In this document: positions 37,346 through 47,404 of the stretch, piece by piece
Numbering within the stretch: the first letter of the stretch is position 1
Layout of the letters: every line of letters starts with the position of its first letter
Assembly: GCA_030754595.1 (NCBI GenBank)
Contig: JASLZZ010000109.1
Location: 28,226-92,225, forward strand
Direction: 5' to 3'
Origin: Nitrospinota bacterium
GTDB taxonomy: Bacteria; UBA8248
DNA length: 64,000 nucleotides
Position numbers and translations under genes: made by a program
The notes under the pieces: model-generated
Seen by the model: only the letters and a program-made list of their open reading frames with translations
Told to the model about the DNA's origin: nothing
Database searches by the model: none

Positions 37346-37900
37346 ATGCCCCGCGTCCCCGAACTGCCCGACACACCCGATGACCCTCTCGCGAGGGAAC
37401 TCTTCGCGCACCAGATCGAAAACGACGGTTTCGTATTCAACCCTTCGAGGGTCCTCGGCCACCGGCCCAGCATCTTGCGCGGGATCGGCCAGCTCCAGCG
37501 GGGGGTGAACGAGTCGGGCCTGCTCGGCGGAGACCTCAAGGCCCTCGTCAACGTGCGCGTCGCCTCGATCAACGGGTGCCCGTTCTGAATGGACATCCAT
37601 TCGTCCCGTGGGATGAAAGAAGGCGTCACGCTCGATAAGATCGCGGCGCTCGACAGCTACGCCACCGACCCGCGCTTCACCGCCCGAGAGCGCGCCGCGA
37701 TCAATTTCGCCGAGCGGATGACGCGGACCGATCTCGACGTGACCGACGCGGCCTTTGCGGCGGCGCGGGAGGAGTTCAGCGTCGAGGAAATGGTAGAGCT
37801 GGCCGGGGTGATCGCGCTCGAGAATTTCCGCTCGAAGTTCAACAACGCCTTCCGCATCGAGGCCCAGGGTTTTTGCGCCATTCCGGAAAAGAAAGGATAG
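37346..37900 (+). CDS. AhpD/CMD-like putative selenoprotein (CPFU, 184 aa, Sec at codon 81, TGA 37586-37588)
   Basis: AAGGAG RBS; RVASINGCPF-TGA-MDIH contiguous in frame; homologous along its length to 2678-3235. Confidence 0.87.
37600..37617 (+). promoter_or_regulatory. Putative bacterial SECIS element
   Basis: 11 nt after UGA: UUCGUCC-CGUG-GGAUGAA. Confidence 0.6.
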
Positions 37901-37904
37901 AGTC

Positions 37905-38429
37905 ATGGACGCTGCCGCGATCATTCTCGAGCGCCTCGACGCCTACGCCATCCAGGTGGAGAGCGCCATCGGCGAGCTTACGGACGAGGACCTGAGCCAT
38001 CAGCCCGGACCGAACGACAACCCCGCCGGATGGCTCATGTGGCACATGACCCGCTTCGAGGACAGGAGCTTCGCCCATATCGCCGGCCGCCCCCAGGTCT
38101 GGACCGAGGGTGATTGGCACGGGCGCTTCGGCCTCCCCGAGGACCCCGTCGACACCGGCGCCGGCCACACCCTGGAGCGGGTCGCCGTCTTCCGCCCCCG
38201 AAGGGAGGACCTTCTGGGCTATTTCGCCGCCGTCCGCCCAAAGACCCGGGAGTGCCTCTCCGGCCTCACCCCCGAAAACCTGGACGAGGAGGTGGACGAT
38301 TTTCTCCGGGACGCCCGCATCCGGGTCGGCGCCATCCTCGGCCGCTTCTTCGGGGACCACTTCTCCCACGTCGGCCAGATCTGCTACATCCGCGGCCATT
38401 TAAAAGGCTGGGGGAAGTACGGGAGGTAG
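37905..38429 (+). CDS. DinB family protein
   Basis: NPAGWLMWHMTRFED; DHFSHVGQICYIRG. Confidence 0.88.
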   Translation: MDAAAIILERLDAYAIQVESAIGELTDEDLSHQPGPNDNPAGWLMWHMTRFEDRSFAHIAGRPQVWTEGDWHGRFGLPEDPVDTGAGHTLERVAVFRPRREDLLGYFAAVRPKTRECLSGLTPENLDEEVDDFLRDARIRVGAILGRFFGDHFSHVGQICYIRGHLKGWGKYGR

Positions 38430-38539
38430 GCCTCCCCTGCTTGCGCTCCGGGGACCACTGCCCCCACAATGCGCCGCTCGGGGACAGGGGAAGAGTCCGA
38501 AATACTTCCTCTTTCATCGATTCGATCGGGAAGACGCGG

Positions 38540-39811
38540 ATGAGCGGCGAGAAAACCGCCTCGAGGGGCATCTACTACGGCTGGTACATCCTGGCGGCGG
38601 TGTTCATCTTCCGGCTGTTCGGGGGCGCGCTCCGCCATTCCTTTGGCGTATTCTTCAAACCCATCCTCGAGGAGCTCGACGTGAGCCGGGCGGCGCTCTC
38701 GCTGCCGGTGGCCCTCTCGCTGATCCTCTTTGGGATCTCCCAGCCCGTCGGCGGGCTGTTGATCAACCGCTTCGGCTCGCGGACGATCATCACCACCGGC
38801 GTCTCCCTGACCGGGCTCGCCATCCTTGGGATGAGCCAGATCAGCTCGATCTGGGGCATCTACTTTTTCTACGGGCTGGTGCTGGGCCTCTCGGGCCTTG
38901 GAAACAGCGTCACCGCCGTCACCCCGATGCTCTCGCGGTGGTTCGAGGAGCGGCGGGGGCTCGCCTTCTCCATCGCGGCCAGCGGCTCGAGCCTCGGCCA
39001 GCTGCTGATCATCCCGGCCCTCGCGCTCATGCTGGCCGCCCTGGGTTGGCGCTCGACGTTCTTCTGGTCGGGCGCCGCCGTGCTCGCCGTCATCGTCCCG
39101 ATATGCTTTTTCACGATCAGGAACCGGCCCGAGGACGTCGGCCTCACCTCGGCGGACGCCCCGGCCGGCGGGAAAAAGAGCCCGACCCGCGTGGTGCCCT
39201 ACGACCTGCCCTGGGTGCAGTGCCTTCACAAAAAGCCCTTCGTCCTCCTGCTCTCGAGCTTTTTCACCTGCGGCTTCACGGTGACGGTCATCGCCGTCCA
39301 CTGGATCCCCTTCGCGAGCGACACGGGTTTCTCACCCGCCGTGGCGGCGACGGCCTTCGCCGTGGGCGGGGCGCTGAACACGATCGGGGTCCTGGTCACC
39401 GGGCCGCTCTCGGACAAATATGGGCGCAAGATACCGCTCAGCCTGGTCTACCTCGTCCGCTGTTCGGGCTTTCTGCTTTTTATTTTCTTCAAAAACGACC
39501 TGACGGTGTGGGCGACCCCGATGATCGTCGGGCTCTCGTGGATCGCGTCGGTGCCGCTCACCTCGGCGCTGACGGGGGATTTCTTCGGGCCCCGGAACGT
39601 GGGCGTGCTCTTCGGGCTGATCTCGGTGAGCCACCAGCTCGGCGCGGGCCTGAGCGCCTGGCTGAGCGGCTATATTTTCGACGTAACGGGAAGCTACGAC
39701 CTCGCCTTCGCGCTGGCCGCCTATCTGTGCGTCCAGGCTGCGGCGATCGTCTACCTCATCGACGAAAAGAAAACCCGCCAGAGCGGCGCCCCTCAGCCCC
39801 AGGCCGCCTGA
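38540..39811 (+). CDS. MFS transporter
   Basis: About 12 TM segments; INRFGSR, WFEERRGLA, LSDKYGRK. Confidence 0.92.
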   Translation: MSGEKTASRGIYYGWYILAAVFIFRLFGGALRHSFGVFFKPILEELDVSRAALSLPVALSLILFGISQPVGGLLINRFGSRTIITTGVSLTGLAILGMSQISSIWGIYFFYGLVLGLSGLGNSVTAVTPMLSRWFEERRGLAFSIAASGSSLGQLLIIPALALMLAALGWRSTFFWSGAAVLAVIVPICFFTIRNRPEDVGLTSADAPAGGKKSPTRVVPYDLPWVQCLHKKPFVLLLSSFFTCGFTVTVIAVHWIPFASDTGFSPAVAATAFAVGGALNTIGVLVTGPLSDKYGRKIPLSLVYLVRCSGFLLFIFFKNDLTVWATPMIVGLSWIASVPLTSALTGDFFGPRNVGVLFGLISVSHQLGAGLSAWLSGYIFDVTGSYDLAFALAAYLCVQAAAIVYLIDEKKTRQSGAPQPQAA

Positions 39812-39911
39812 TACCCCTTGCGGGCGCCTCGCCCGGCTCCCAAATCATAGGCATGGACCTCCCTGCGCCGATCTCCTCACACTGATTTCGTCGAAACTGG
39901 GGAGGTGCGTC

Positions 39912-40238
39912 ATGAAGGCAGGTATTTTTTTCACTGGCTCGGGGCCTATTCTGGCGCTGACGACCTACTACTCTCTCGACGATCCGGCGCTGGCCGGCAA
40001 GCTCGCCTCCAGGGGCATCGACCGCTATATCGCCTACGAGGTGCCCATCGCCTTGGTGCGAGAGCGCTACGGACCGAAGTTCGGGATGGGGGACCTGCAC
40101 CAGGAGGATGACCTGCGCGTACTCGACTACAACGGCCACCACGTCTTTCATGTCTTCGAGCTGGACGACCTCGGCGCCCCGGTCTTCCACCAGAAGAAAC
40201 AGAAGTCCGGCGGGCCGTTGGTGCTGAATGGGGCTTAG
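39912..40238 (+). CDS. Hypothetical protein
   Basis: GGAGGT RBS; 108-aa ORF with typical GC3-rich codons. Confidence 0.75.
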   Translation: MKAGIFFTGSGPILALTTYYSLDDPALAGKLASRGIDRYIAYEVPIALVRERYGPKFGMGDLHQEDDLRVLDYNGHHVFHVFELDDLGAPVFHQKKQKSGGPLVLNGA

Positions 40239-40279
40239 AGGCTAATCCACCGTATTCGTGGCGGCCAGGAGCTCTTCTC

Positions 40280-40582
40280 TCAGGCGGGAGAGGCGTCTCC
40301 CCCATGGACGTCCATCGATACGCCAATGGTCCACGAGGGCGGGCGGGTCGGGTTCTCGAAAGCCCAGGCCACCCGGCCCAGGAACTCTCCCAGGTGTAGA
40401 TTGGGAAGATGGATCGAGAACCTGCCCGCTTCATGGCCATGGGGCTCTTTGGGAACCACGACCCTGAATCCTCCGGCGCTAATGTCCTCGACCTCGAGCG
40501 GGACATCCGAAAAAGTCGACATGAGCGCCGAGGCGGACAGGTTGTAGCGGGCGTGCTCTCGCTTGTCGCTGAACTTGCTCAC
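40280..40582 (-). CDS. PilZ-domain protein (C-terminus possibly frameshifted)
   Basis: REHAR (RxxxR) and DISAGG (D/NxSxxG) c-di-GMP motifs; GGAGG RBS. Confidence 0.75.
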   Translation of the reverse strand: MSKFSDKREHARYNLSASALMSTFSDVPLEVEDISAGGFRVVVPKEPHGHEAGRFSIHLPNLHLGEFLGRVAWAFENPTRPPSWTIGVSMDVHGGDASPA

Positions 40583-40762
40583 GCTGGACCCTCCCTTTTC
40601 ATCCCCGCGCGCCGGCGCAAGGACAATCAGATCCTGGTTCCCGGGCGGACAGTGGAAACAATCGAGAAAAAATATTATTAATATCGCTATTCCCGCACAG
40701 AAGGGCCCACCGTGTCAATTCGGAACCGGGGTCAAGCTGCTAATACAAGGAAAACAAGGGGT

Positions 40763-43375
40763 TTATGGCGAGGGGTTGCTCTCCGTGCGGAGCCGGGAGG
40801 CTGTGGGTTTTTCGCCCGAAAGGTACTGGAGGCCGATCATGGCCGACATGATGATGGTCCCAACAACCTTCATCCAGGTCACGTAGAAGAACAAAAGCGC
40901 TCCCGCCAGGGCGAGGATAATTCTCTCCCATATCAGTAAATTACGCCGCATATACCCCTCGAGCGCCGCCGAGGTGCAGAAAAAGCCCATGAAACCCGAC
41001 ACCCAAATGACGCCAATCGAGATCCAGGACGCATCCTTGTCGATCAGGATCGGCGTGTACGCCATCAGGAAGGGTACGATGTAGAGCGCCTTCGCCAGCT
41101 TGAGCGAGGAGAAGCCCGTGCGCATTGGATCGGCCCCGGCGATGCCCGCCGCGATGAAGGCGCCCAGCGCGAAGGGCGGGGTCAGCGAGGCGTCCTGGCT
41201 CAGCCAGAGAATCATGAGGTGGGCGCTGAGAAGGGGAACCCCGAGTTCGACCAGCGCGGGCACCGCGAGAATCGAAAGCAGTACGTAACTCGCCGTGATC
41301 GTCATCCCCATTCCCATGATGTAGCTCGCCATGGCGCACAGCAGGATGGCCACCGGCAGCGCGGTCCCGGTGATTCCGAGGGCGTTATCCAGGAAGTTCG
41401 CGTAGCCCAGGATAATCGCCGAGAACTTGATCCCCAGGCCGGGCATCGAGACCCCGGCGAGCACGATTCCCATCACCCCGGCCGTCACCCCGATGATGAG
41501 GGAGTTGATCGCCCCCTGCTCGAGCCCGTCGATAACCCTCGGCGAGGCGAGCACTATCATCGCGGTGACCGCCCAAAAAATCGACTCGAAGAAACCGAAG
41601 CCCATCGCCGGCAGGACGGCGAGCACCCCCGCCCCGGCGAGGATCGGCCAGTTCTCCACCAAAAAACCGCCCGGCGGCTCGGCCTTCGCCGCTGTGAGAA
41701 ATGCGGTCGCCCCGTCATCGGCCTCACCGGAGCTTTTTCCCGAGTCCGCAAGCTCCTTGCGGTGCCGGGCGGCACGGAACTCGAGCCTGTCCGAGCGCGT
41801 GCTCCAGTTGGGAATTCCCAAAAGGCTCGCGATGATCGGCGGAAAAGCGATCAGGCGCGTGTCGTGGCGGAAGAAACCCAGCACCATCGCCAGGATAATC
41901 GCCCAAAGCGCCGCGTCGAACGGGGAGCGCCCGATGATCAGCCGGAGGATGAGGAGCGCCACCGGGAGCAGCAGATAGCCGTCTTTTTTCAAAAGAGGCA
42001 TGAGCTCGGGGAGCTCTTCCTTGGGCAGCCCGTGGATTCCGTCCATGCCCGAGCGGAAATGAACCGACATATAGACCGCGAAGTAGTACATCAGAGCGGG
42101 GACAAGGGATATCAGCGCGATCCAGCCGTAGTCGATCTCGGTGAACGCGGCCACGAGGAAAGCCGCGGAACCCATCACCGGGGGGAGGAGATGGCCGCCG
42201 ATCGAGGAGACCGCCTCGACCGCCGCCGCGTAGTGGGCCTTGTAGCCCGCGCGCTTCATCAGCGAGATCGTGAAAGTCCCGGTGATGACGATGTTGGCCG
42301 CGCCGCTACCCACCACCGAGCCAACCAGGCCGCTCGAGACGACCGACGCCTTCGCCGCCCCGCCCCGGAGCCGGCCCACGAGGGCGTAGGAGAGGTCCAC
42401 GAAAACGTCGCCCACCTTGGTTTTTTCCAGGAACACCCCGAACAGGATGAACAGGAACACGTAGCTGGCGTATACGTTCGCGATGACGCCGAAAACGCCG
42501 GCTGTTCCGTAAATAAAACCGACGACCTCGTTATAGGAAAATCCCTTGTGGAGGAGGCGGCCAGGGAAGTAGTTACCGAACATCGCGTAAAGGAAGAAAA
42601 ACACCCCCAGCAGGGGCAGCACCCAGCCCAGAATCCTCCGGCACATCTCGATCGAAACAATGATGGCAATCGTCCCCATGAATACGTCCGGCCAGAGAAC
42701 GGTGCCCTCCCGGTCCCCCCGGTCGGCGAAATTCATGATGTATTCCACCGTGAAGACCACCACGCACGCGCACAGGATGAGGTCCACCCATGAAGGCCGC
42801 TTCACCGGGGCGCCGGCCCGCGCCGGGTAGAAAATAAAGGTCAGGAGAGCGGTGAAAACCACGTAGAGCGGCAGGTAAAAATGGAACGCATAGATCGACA
42901 GGCCGGGAAAATGAACAGTCTCCCAGATCGCCGACAGCGTTTTTTCCTGCCCGGCCGAAAGGAACGGGGACAATATGTAGACGATGACCTCGCCGAAACC
43001 CAACCCGAAATCCACGGGGGCCCTGTTCGCCGCGCCGTAGAGAAAGTAGAAGGCGAACACGAGGCAGGAGAGCAGCGCCGTAACCCTCGGAAGCAGGCAA
43101 AGACTCGATACGAAGAGCCAGATCAGAGCGGCGAGCCAGACCTCGAGAACCGGAAAAACGACCTTCTGCCACTCCCAGGCGATTTCATAGGGCAGATAGA
43201 GGTTGTAGGTCCTGCCCGACATCGCGAATTGATAGAAAAAAAACAGGGCGGTCAGAAAGAACCAGACCGGTAGGTTTTCCCGCTGGAAACCGGAGGACAG
43301 ATCGCGGCGGCGAATCGCTTCGGGCGCGAAAATGAACCGTATCCAGGCCCAGGCCACACTGAAAAACTTGTGCAT
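40763..43375 (-). CDS. TRAP transporter fused 4TM/12TM permease
   Basis: GRLRGGAAKASV, GSGAANIVITGTFTI, PPVMGSAAF, LTPP. Confidence 0.92.
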   Translation of the reverse strand: MHKFFSVAWAWIRFIFAPEAIRRRDLSSGFQRENLPVWFFLTALFFFYQFAMSGRTYNLYLPYEIAWEWQKVVFPVLEVWLAALIWLFVSSLCLLPRVTALLSCLVFAFYFLYGAANRAPVDFGLGFGEVIVYILSPFLSAGQEKTLSAIWETVHFPGLSIYAFHFYLPLYVVFTALLTFIFYPARAGAPVKRPSWVDLILCACVVVFTVEYIMNFADRGDREGTVLWPDVFMGTIAIIVSIEMCRRILGWVLPLLGVFFFLYAMFGNYFPGRLLHKGFSYNEVVGFIYGTAGVFGVIANVYASYVFLFILFGVFLEKTKVGDVFVDLSYALVGRLRGGAAKASVVSSGLVGSVVGSGAANIVITGTFTISLMKRAGYKAHYAAAVEAVSSIGGHLLPPVMGSAAFLVAAFTEIDYGWIALISLVPALMYYFAVYMSVHFRSGMDGIHGLPKEELPELMPLLKKDGYLLLPVALLILRLIIGRSPFDAALWAIILAMVLGFFRHDTRLIAFPPIIASLLGIPNWSTRSDRLEFRAARHRKELADSGKSSGEADDGATAFLTAAKAEPPGGFLVENWPILAGAGVLAVLPAMGFGFFESIFWAVTAMIVLASPRVIDGLEQGAINSLIIGVTAGVMGIVLAGVSMPGLGIKFSAIILGYANFLDNALGITGTALPVAILLCAMASYIMGMGMTITASYVLLSILAVPALVELGVPLLSAHLMILWLSQDASLTPPFALGAFIAAGIAGADPMRTGFSSLKLAKALYIVPFLMAYTPILIDKDASWISIGVIWVSGFMGFFCTSAALEGYMRRNLLIWERIILALAGALLFFYVTWMKVVGTIIMSAMIGLQYLSGEKPTASRLRTESNPSP

Positions 43376-43417
43376 CACCGCCCTTTCAGGCCGGAAGCCG
43401 AACCGCCTCTGAGAACA

Positions 43418-43453
43418 GGCCCCCCGGAGCGGTGGCATACCCTCCGGGGGGCC
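43418..43453. other. Intercistronic GC-rich hairpin between the TAXI and permease genes
   Basis: GGCCCCCCGGAG...CTCCGGGGGGCC inverted repeat. Confidence 0.55.
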
Positions 43454-43505
43454 GGGTCGATGTCATGAGAATCTAATCGGCGAATATTCCCGATCGGGAA
43501 AACGC

Positions 43506-44504
43506 CTAGTTCGTTTTATAGCCCTTCGCCTTCCAGTAGCGGGCGGCTCCGGGGTGGAGAGCCATGTTGAAGTTGCCCATCTGCTTGATGAACTCGCCCG
43601 ATTTCGAGGCGAAGTCGAGCCCAATCTTCCAGCCCTTGAAGACATTGATCAGGAAGTCCCGGTTCGCCTTGTCGTAGACACGGCTGGTCACCTCGTAGAT
43701 GACATCGTTCGGGACCTTCTCGTTCGCCACGGCGAAGATGGTGTAGGCGACGGTCTTGAACTTCTTGCCCTTCATCCCCTGATAGGCGCTCGCGTCCTTG
43801 TTCGCCTTGTAGTAGCCCGAGCTCATGGCGACGAACTTATCGCGAACCTTGTCGGGAACGCTGAGAATGCGGAGGGGGCCGCTACGCGAGGCGCGAAGAA
43901 TCGAGGGCGAAGGAACCGGGTTGGGGATGCCGAAGGCGTCGATCTTCCCGTCGATCATGTTGGTGGCGGCGGCCGCCCAGCCCATGTAGTCCTTGCGGAT
44001 TTTATCGGTGATCCCGATGTTGTCGGTGATGAACTTGAGCATGAAGAGCGTGGAGGAGCCGCGAGGGCCCATGTTCACCCGCTTTCCGGCGAGGTCGTAA
44101 TAACTCTTGATGCCGGACTTGTGGAAGGTCGTCACCTGGAACCAGGAGGTCGAGACCGGGCCGATGCCCCGGATGGTTTTCATCGCCTTGCCCTTGTGGA
44201 AGGGCTTGTGCTTACGCTGAATGAAGTCGACGAAGATCCCGTTCGTCATGCCGATCTCGGAGCGGCCTTTGGCGACGAGGCGGGTGTTGGCGACGAATCC
44301 CTTGGACTCGCGGTTGGTGACGTTGACGGTTTTGCTCGTCTTGTTCACCGCCTCGGCGAGACCGGCCGCCATCCGGAAGGCGCCCGCGCCCTTGCTGGCG
44401 CCGACGATGGTGATGTTGGTGGCGGCATACGCCTGGGCCGCGAAGAGCCCGCCCGCGGCGAGCGCCGAGGCCGCAATCACGAAAAATCTATTGCGAATGT
44501 TCAT
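43506..44504 (-). CDS. TAXI family TRAP solute-binding protein
   Basis: Signal peptide; SKGFVAN, DLAGKRVNMGPRGS, LHPGAARYWK. Confidence 0.92.
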   Translation of the reverse strand: MNIRNRFFVIAASALAAGGLFAAQAYAATNITIVGASKGAGAFRMAAGLAEAVNKTSKTVNVTNRESKGFVANTRLVAKGRSEIGMTNGIFVDFIQRKHKPFHKGKAMKTIRGIGPVSTSWFQVTTFHKSGIKSYYDLAGKRVNMGPRGSSTLFMLKFITDNIGITDKIRKDYMGWAAAATNMIDGKIDAFGIPNPVPSPSILRASRSGPLRILSVPDKVRDKFVAMSSGYYKANKDASAYQGMKGKKFKTVAYTIFAVANEKVPNDVIYEVTSRVYDKANRDFLINVFKGWKIGLDFASKSGEFIKQMGNFNMALHPGAARYWKAKGYKTN

Positions 44505-44884
44505 CTACTCCCCTCCTTCATTTGGAATTACAAACAATTGGAAATACAAACCACGCAAATCGGATAGGGGGGATTCTATACAATCGGAGGGGATTGGGGA
44601 AACCGGGTTTTTAAGAATAATCGGCCATTCTCCCGCCGGGGCCCGGGGCGGAAAGGGGAATTTTGGCCCCTCTGGCGGGCCAGGCGGCGCCTTCTGTTTC
44701 CCCTCTCTCCAGCCTTCCATGCCCCCTCTCCGGCCCTCCTCATCCTCCCTCTCCGGCCCGCCGGTTCCACCTCTCAAGCCCTGGTGGAGATCCCGCCGGG
44801 TTGGGCGGAGATCGTTGCCAGGTCAGGCGCGAAATTCCGCGCATTTCCCGGAAATTCCGAGGAGTATTCCGGGGATATACCGGG

Positions 44885-45262
44885 TTAGCCCCGCCGACGC
44901 TCGGCGAGACTGCCGGCGGCGAGGATGGCGAGGGTGTTCGCCAGATAGGAGCCCCAGACGGGCCAGCCGGAAAGGGCGGCCCAGGGGCCGGTGCCCTCGG
45001 GCGGATAGGTTAAGTCGGCCCAAAGGTGAAGGGCCACGAGAGCGCCGGCGAGGTTTCCCGCCTCGGCGACGCGATTTCCCTCGCGGTCCCAGGTGTAGAA
45101 AGCGCCGACGAGGGCGGCGGCGGCGAGCGAGGGGAGAAAGAGGATTCTCTCGGGCCGTGCGACGCTGTAGATGTGAGCCAGGATGGCGGAGGCGAGACTG
45201 GTCAGAATCATGTGGAAGGCGAGACAGACGAAGAGCCGCGCCCATTTTCGGGAGTCCTTCAT
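44885..45262 (-). CDS. Hypothetical membrane protein
   Basis: 125-aa ORF with ~4 hydrophobic segments. Confidence 0.55.
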   Translation of the reverse strand: MKDSRKWARLFVCLAFHMILTSLASAILAHIYSVARPERILFLPSLAAAALVGAFYTWDREGNRVAEAGNLAGALVALHLWADLTYPPEGTGPWAALSGWPVWGSYLANTLAILAAGSLAERRRG

Positions 45263-45349
45263 GTCCCGGCGCGTTCCCGTATATGCTGGCGATGCCGTAT
45301 AAGCTGGAGGGGTTGGTTCGCCGCGATATTATCCAGAGGAGATACTCCC

Positions 45350-45796
45350 ATGCCCCCTGTCATCCGTCTTTTTGTGAAAACGAGTCTTTTTTGTTTCATC
45401 ATCACCTTCGCCTCGGGCGCTCTGTTCATGCTGGCCAACGCTATCTGGCTCATGCGGATGCCTCGGGATCTGCTGCTGCTCCACGCCCATGTCGGTTTCG
45501 TCGGCTGGCTCGGTCTCATGGTGATGGGCGTCGCGCTGTGGATGTTTCCCCTGATGAAGGGAGAACACCCGGAAACAAAGGGGCGATATCACCTGCCCAG
45601 CGTTTACGGAATCTACTATCTCACGGTGGGCGGTCTGGCGCTTCGGGTGGCGGGCGAGCCCTGGCTCTGGAGGACCGCACACCCGGCCGCCCGGTTTTTG
45701 CTCATTTTATCGGCGCTGGCCCAGATTGGCGGAATCGTTCTTTTCGTTATCGTCATCTGGCGGCGTGTGCGCGAGGTGACGCCGGGCGTCCTCTAG
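45350..45796 (+). CDS. Small membrane protein resembling part of heme-copper oxidase subunit I
   Basis: AGGAG RBS; 4 TM segments; LHAHVGFVGW. Confidence 0.65.
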   Translation: MPPVIRLFVKTSLFCFIITFASGALFMLANAIWLMRMPRDLLLLHAHVGFVGWLGLMVMGVALWMFPLMKGEHPETKGRYHLPSVYGIYYLTVGGLALRVAGEPWLWRTAHPAARFLLILSALAQIGGIVLFVIVIWRRVREVTPGVL

Positions 45797-45914
45797 CGGA
45801 GGAGGCCTGTACCGGACAAAGTAAACCTTGAGACGGTAGACCCGCAAAAAAACAAGCCGGGCAGGGTCTTTGCCGCGGACCCTATCCGGCTTGTATTGCT
45901 CGTTTCCGGAGGCG

Positions 45915-46367
45915 CTAAGAGTAGTCGCCCGGCCGGGCGCTGAATGGCGGATCGGCGCCGGCGTTCCAAATCGTCCAGCGCCTGGGGTGAACGATGAACC
46001 GCACCCGGTCCACCTGGGCGACGGGGCCGGCCATGAACTTGGGCGCGATTTCGGGGCCCAGATAGCGCTCGGCGCACCGCCCGATGAGGTCGTGGTCCGT
46101 TCCGACGCCCTCGATGAGTTCGACATCGCCCTCGCAAACCACGGCGGCGTAGGGGGGATCGTCCTTATCCACGACAATGGATATTTTAGGATTTCGCTTG
46201 ACGATGCGGGTGTGGACGCCGATTGTCTTGGTGCTGATGAGGAACTTTCCATCCTCCCAAATGTACCAAATAGGCCGGATGATCTGACCGCCGTCCTTCC
46301 TGGTCACCGAAAAGCGGCACATCCTTTTTTCCGCCAGGAACGAATCGATGAACGCCTTGTCTCCCAT
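45915..46367 (-). CDS. Pyridoxamine 5'-phosphate oxidase-like (split-barrel, possibly F420-binding) protein
   Basis: GGAGG RBS; TRKDG..RPIWY, RNPKISIVVD, EG. Confidence 0.8.
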   Translation of the reverse strand: MGDKAFIDSFLAEKRMCRFSVTRKDGGQIIRPIWYIWEDGKFLISTKTIGVHTRIVKRNPKISIVVDKDDPPYAAVVCEGDVELIEGVGTDHDLIGRCAERYLGPEIAPKFMAGPVAQVDRVRFIVHPRRWTIWNAGADPPFSARPGDYS

Positions 46368-46516
46368 TTCGCATTCCTCCATATCTGGGAAGTTGTGACG
46401 GCCCCCAGGGATGACCAAGACCCGATAAAACGCAATCGGATTTGGTAATACCCCGTCAAACGGGAAAATTTCTCAGGTTCCGAAGGTCTTCAGACTACTC
46501 CCCATGCAAGCGGGAA

Positions 46517-47389
46517 TCAACGTCCGATGACGATTAAAATCATTCCTCCGACGGTGAACGCCACGCCAAAAACCATCGCGGGGCGAACACGCTCAATCCC
46601 CCGCAGGAGGATAGCCGTAAACAAAAGAGAGAAAATCGGCGATGACGTGATGATGGGCGTAATGACGCTGACGTCTCCGGTTTTGACCGCCATGTTCATG
46701 AATACCTGGTTTGCCGCATTCAAAATTCCCACAATGGCGATGACGGCAACCGCTGAACGCCCTCCCCACCTGAACAAATGAGGCGGCACTATCAACTTGA
46801 GGCTATAGAGAACAGGCGCCCCAATCAAATTAGCCCACGCAACCGTGAGCATGGGATTGGGAAAAGCGACAATCCCTTTTTTCCGGATAAACATGCTCAC
46901 CCCGAGAGAAAAGGCGCTCGCGAATCCCCAGAGCATTCCCTTTTGAAACCATCCCTCCTCGGAGGGTTCGTAGCTTACGAGAATGACCCCCGAGATCACC
47001 AAAGCGGTTCCGGTGAAGACCGCCGGTCCCGGCCGCTCTGCGAGAAACAAAATTGCCAGCAGAATGGAGAGCAATGGGGCGGTGGTCGACAAGGTGGTCA
47101 GCCTGGGCGGGCCGATAGTAAAGAGGGCCTTATAGTAAACGAAGCGGCCGAAGCTGTAGGCCGTGATTCCGAGAAGGGCGAACCAGACCATTCCCTCCAG
47201 GCTCGCCTGTCCTTCTTCGTAGAAGAAAAAACCCAGCACACTGAGAACAACGACGTTGACGATGTTCGTCAGAAGGGCGGCCGCGAGAACTCCCATTTTC
47301 TGAAGGGGGCGAATAGAGGCCACTCCCTGAAAAGCCAGTACAATCGCGGCGATCAGGGCCCATGTAATCCCTGCCGTGTTGTCGATCAA
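46517..47389 (-). CDS. EamA/DMT family transporter
   Basis: 10-TM pattern with duplicated P-LxxLLAxLFLxE motifs. Confidence 0.88.
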   Translation of the reverse strand: MIDNTAGITWALIAAIVLAFQGVASIRPLQKMGVLAAALLTNIVNVVVLSVLGFFFYEEGQASLEGMVWFALLGITAYSFGRFVYYKALFTIGPPRLTTLSTTAPLLSILLAILFLAERPGPAVFTGTALVISGVILVSYEPSEEGWFQKGMLWGFASAFSLGVSMFIRKKGIVAFPNPMLTVAWANLIGAPVLYSLKLIVPPHLFRWGGRSAVAVIAIVGILNAANQVFMNMAVKTGDVSVITPIITSSPIFSLLFTAILLRGIERVRPAMVFGVAFTVGGMILIVIGR

Positions 47390-47404
47390 TTCGAGCCTTT
47401 CAAA

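Noticed and set aside
40280..40282. Sec read-through of the PilZ TGA
   Set aside because: Not a Cys-equivalent position and no SECIS-like hairpin; a small frameshift giving RLREELLAATNTVD* fits better
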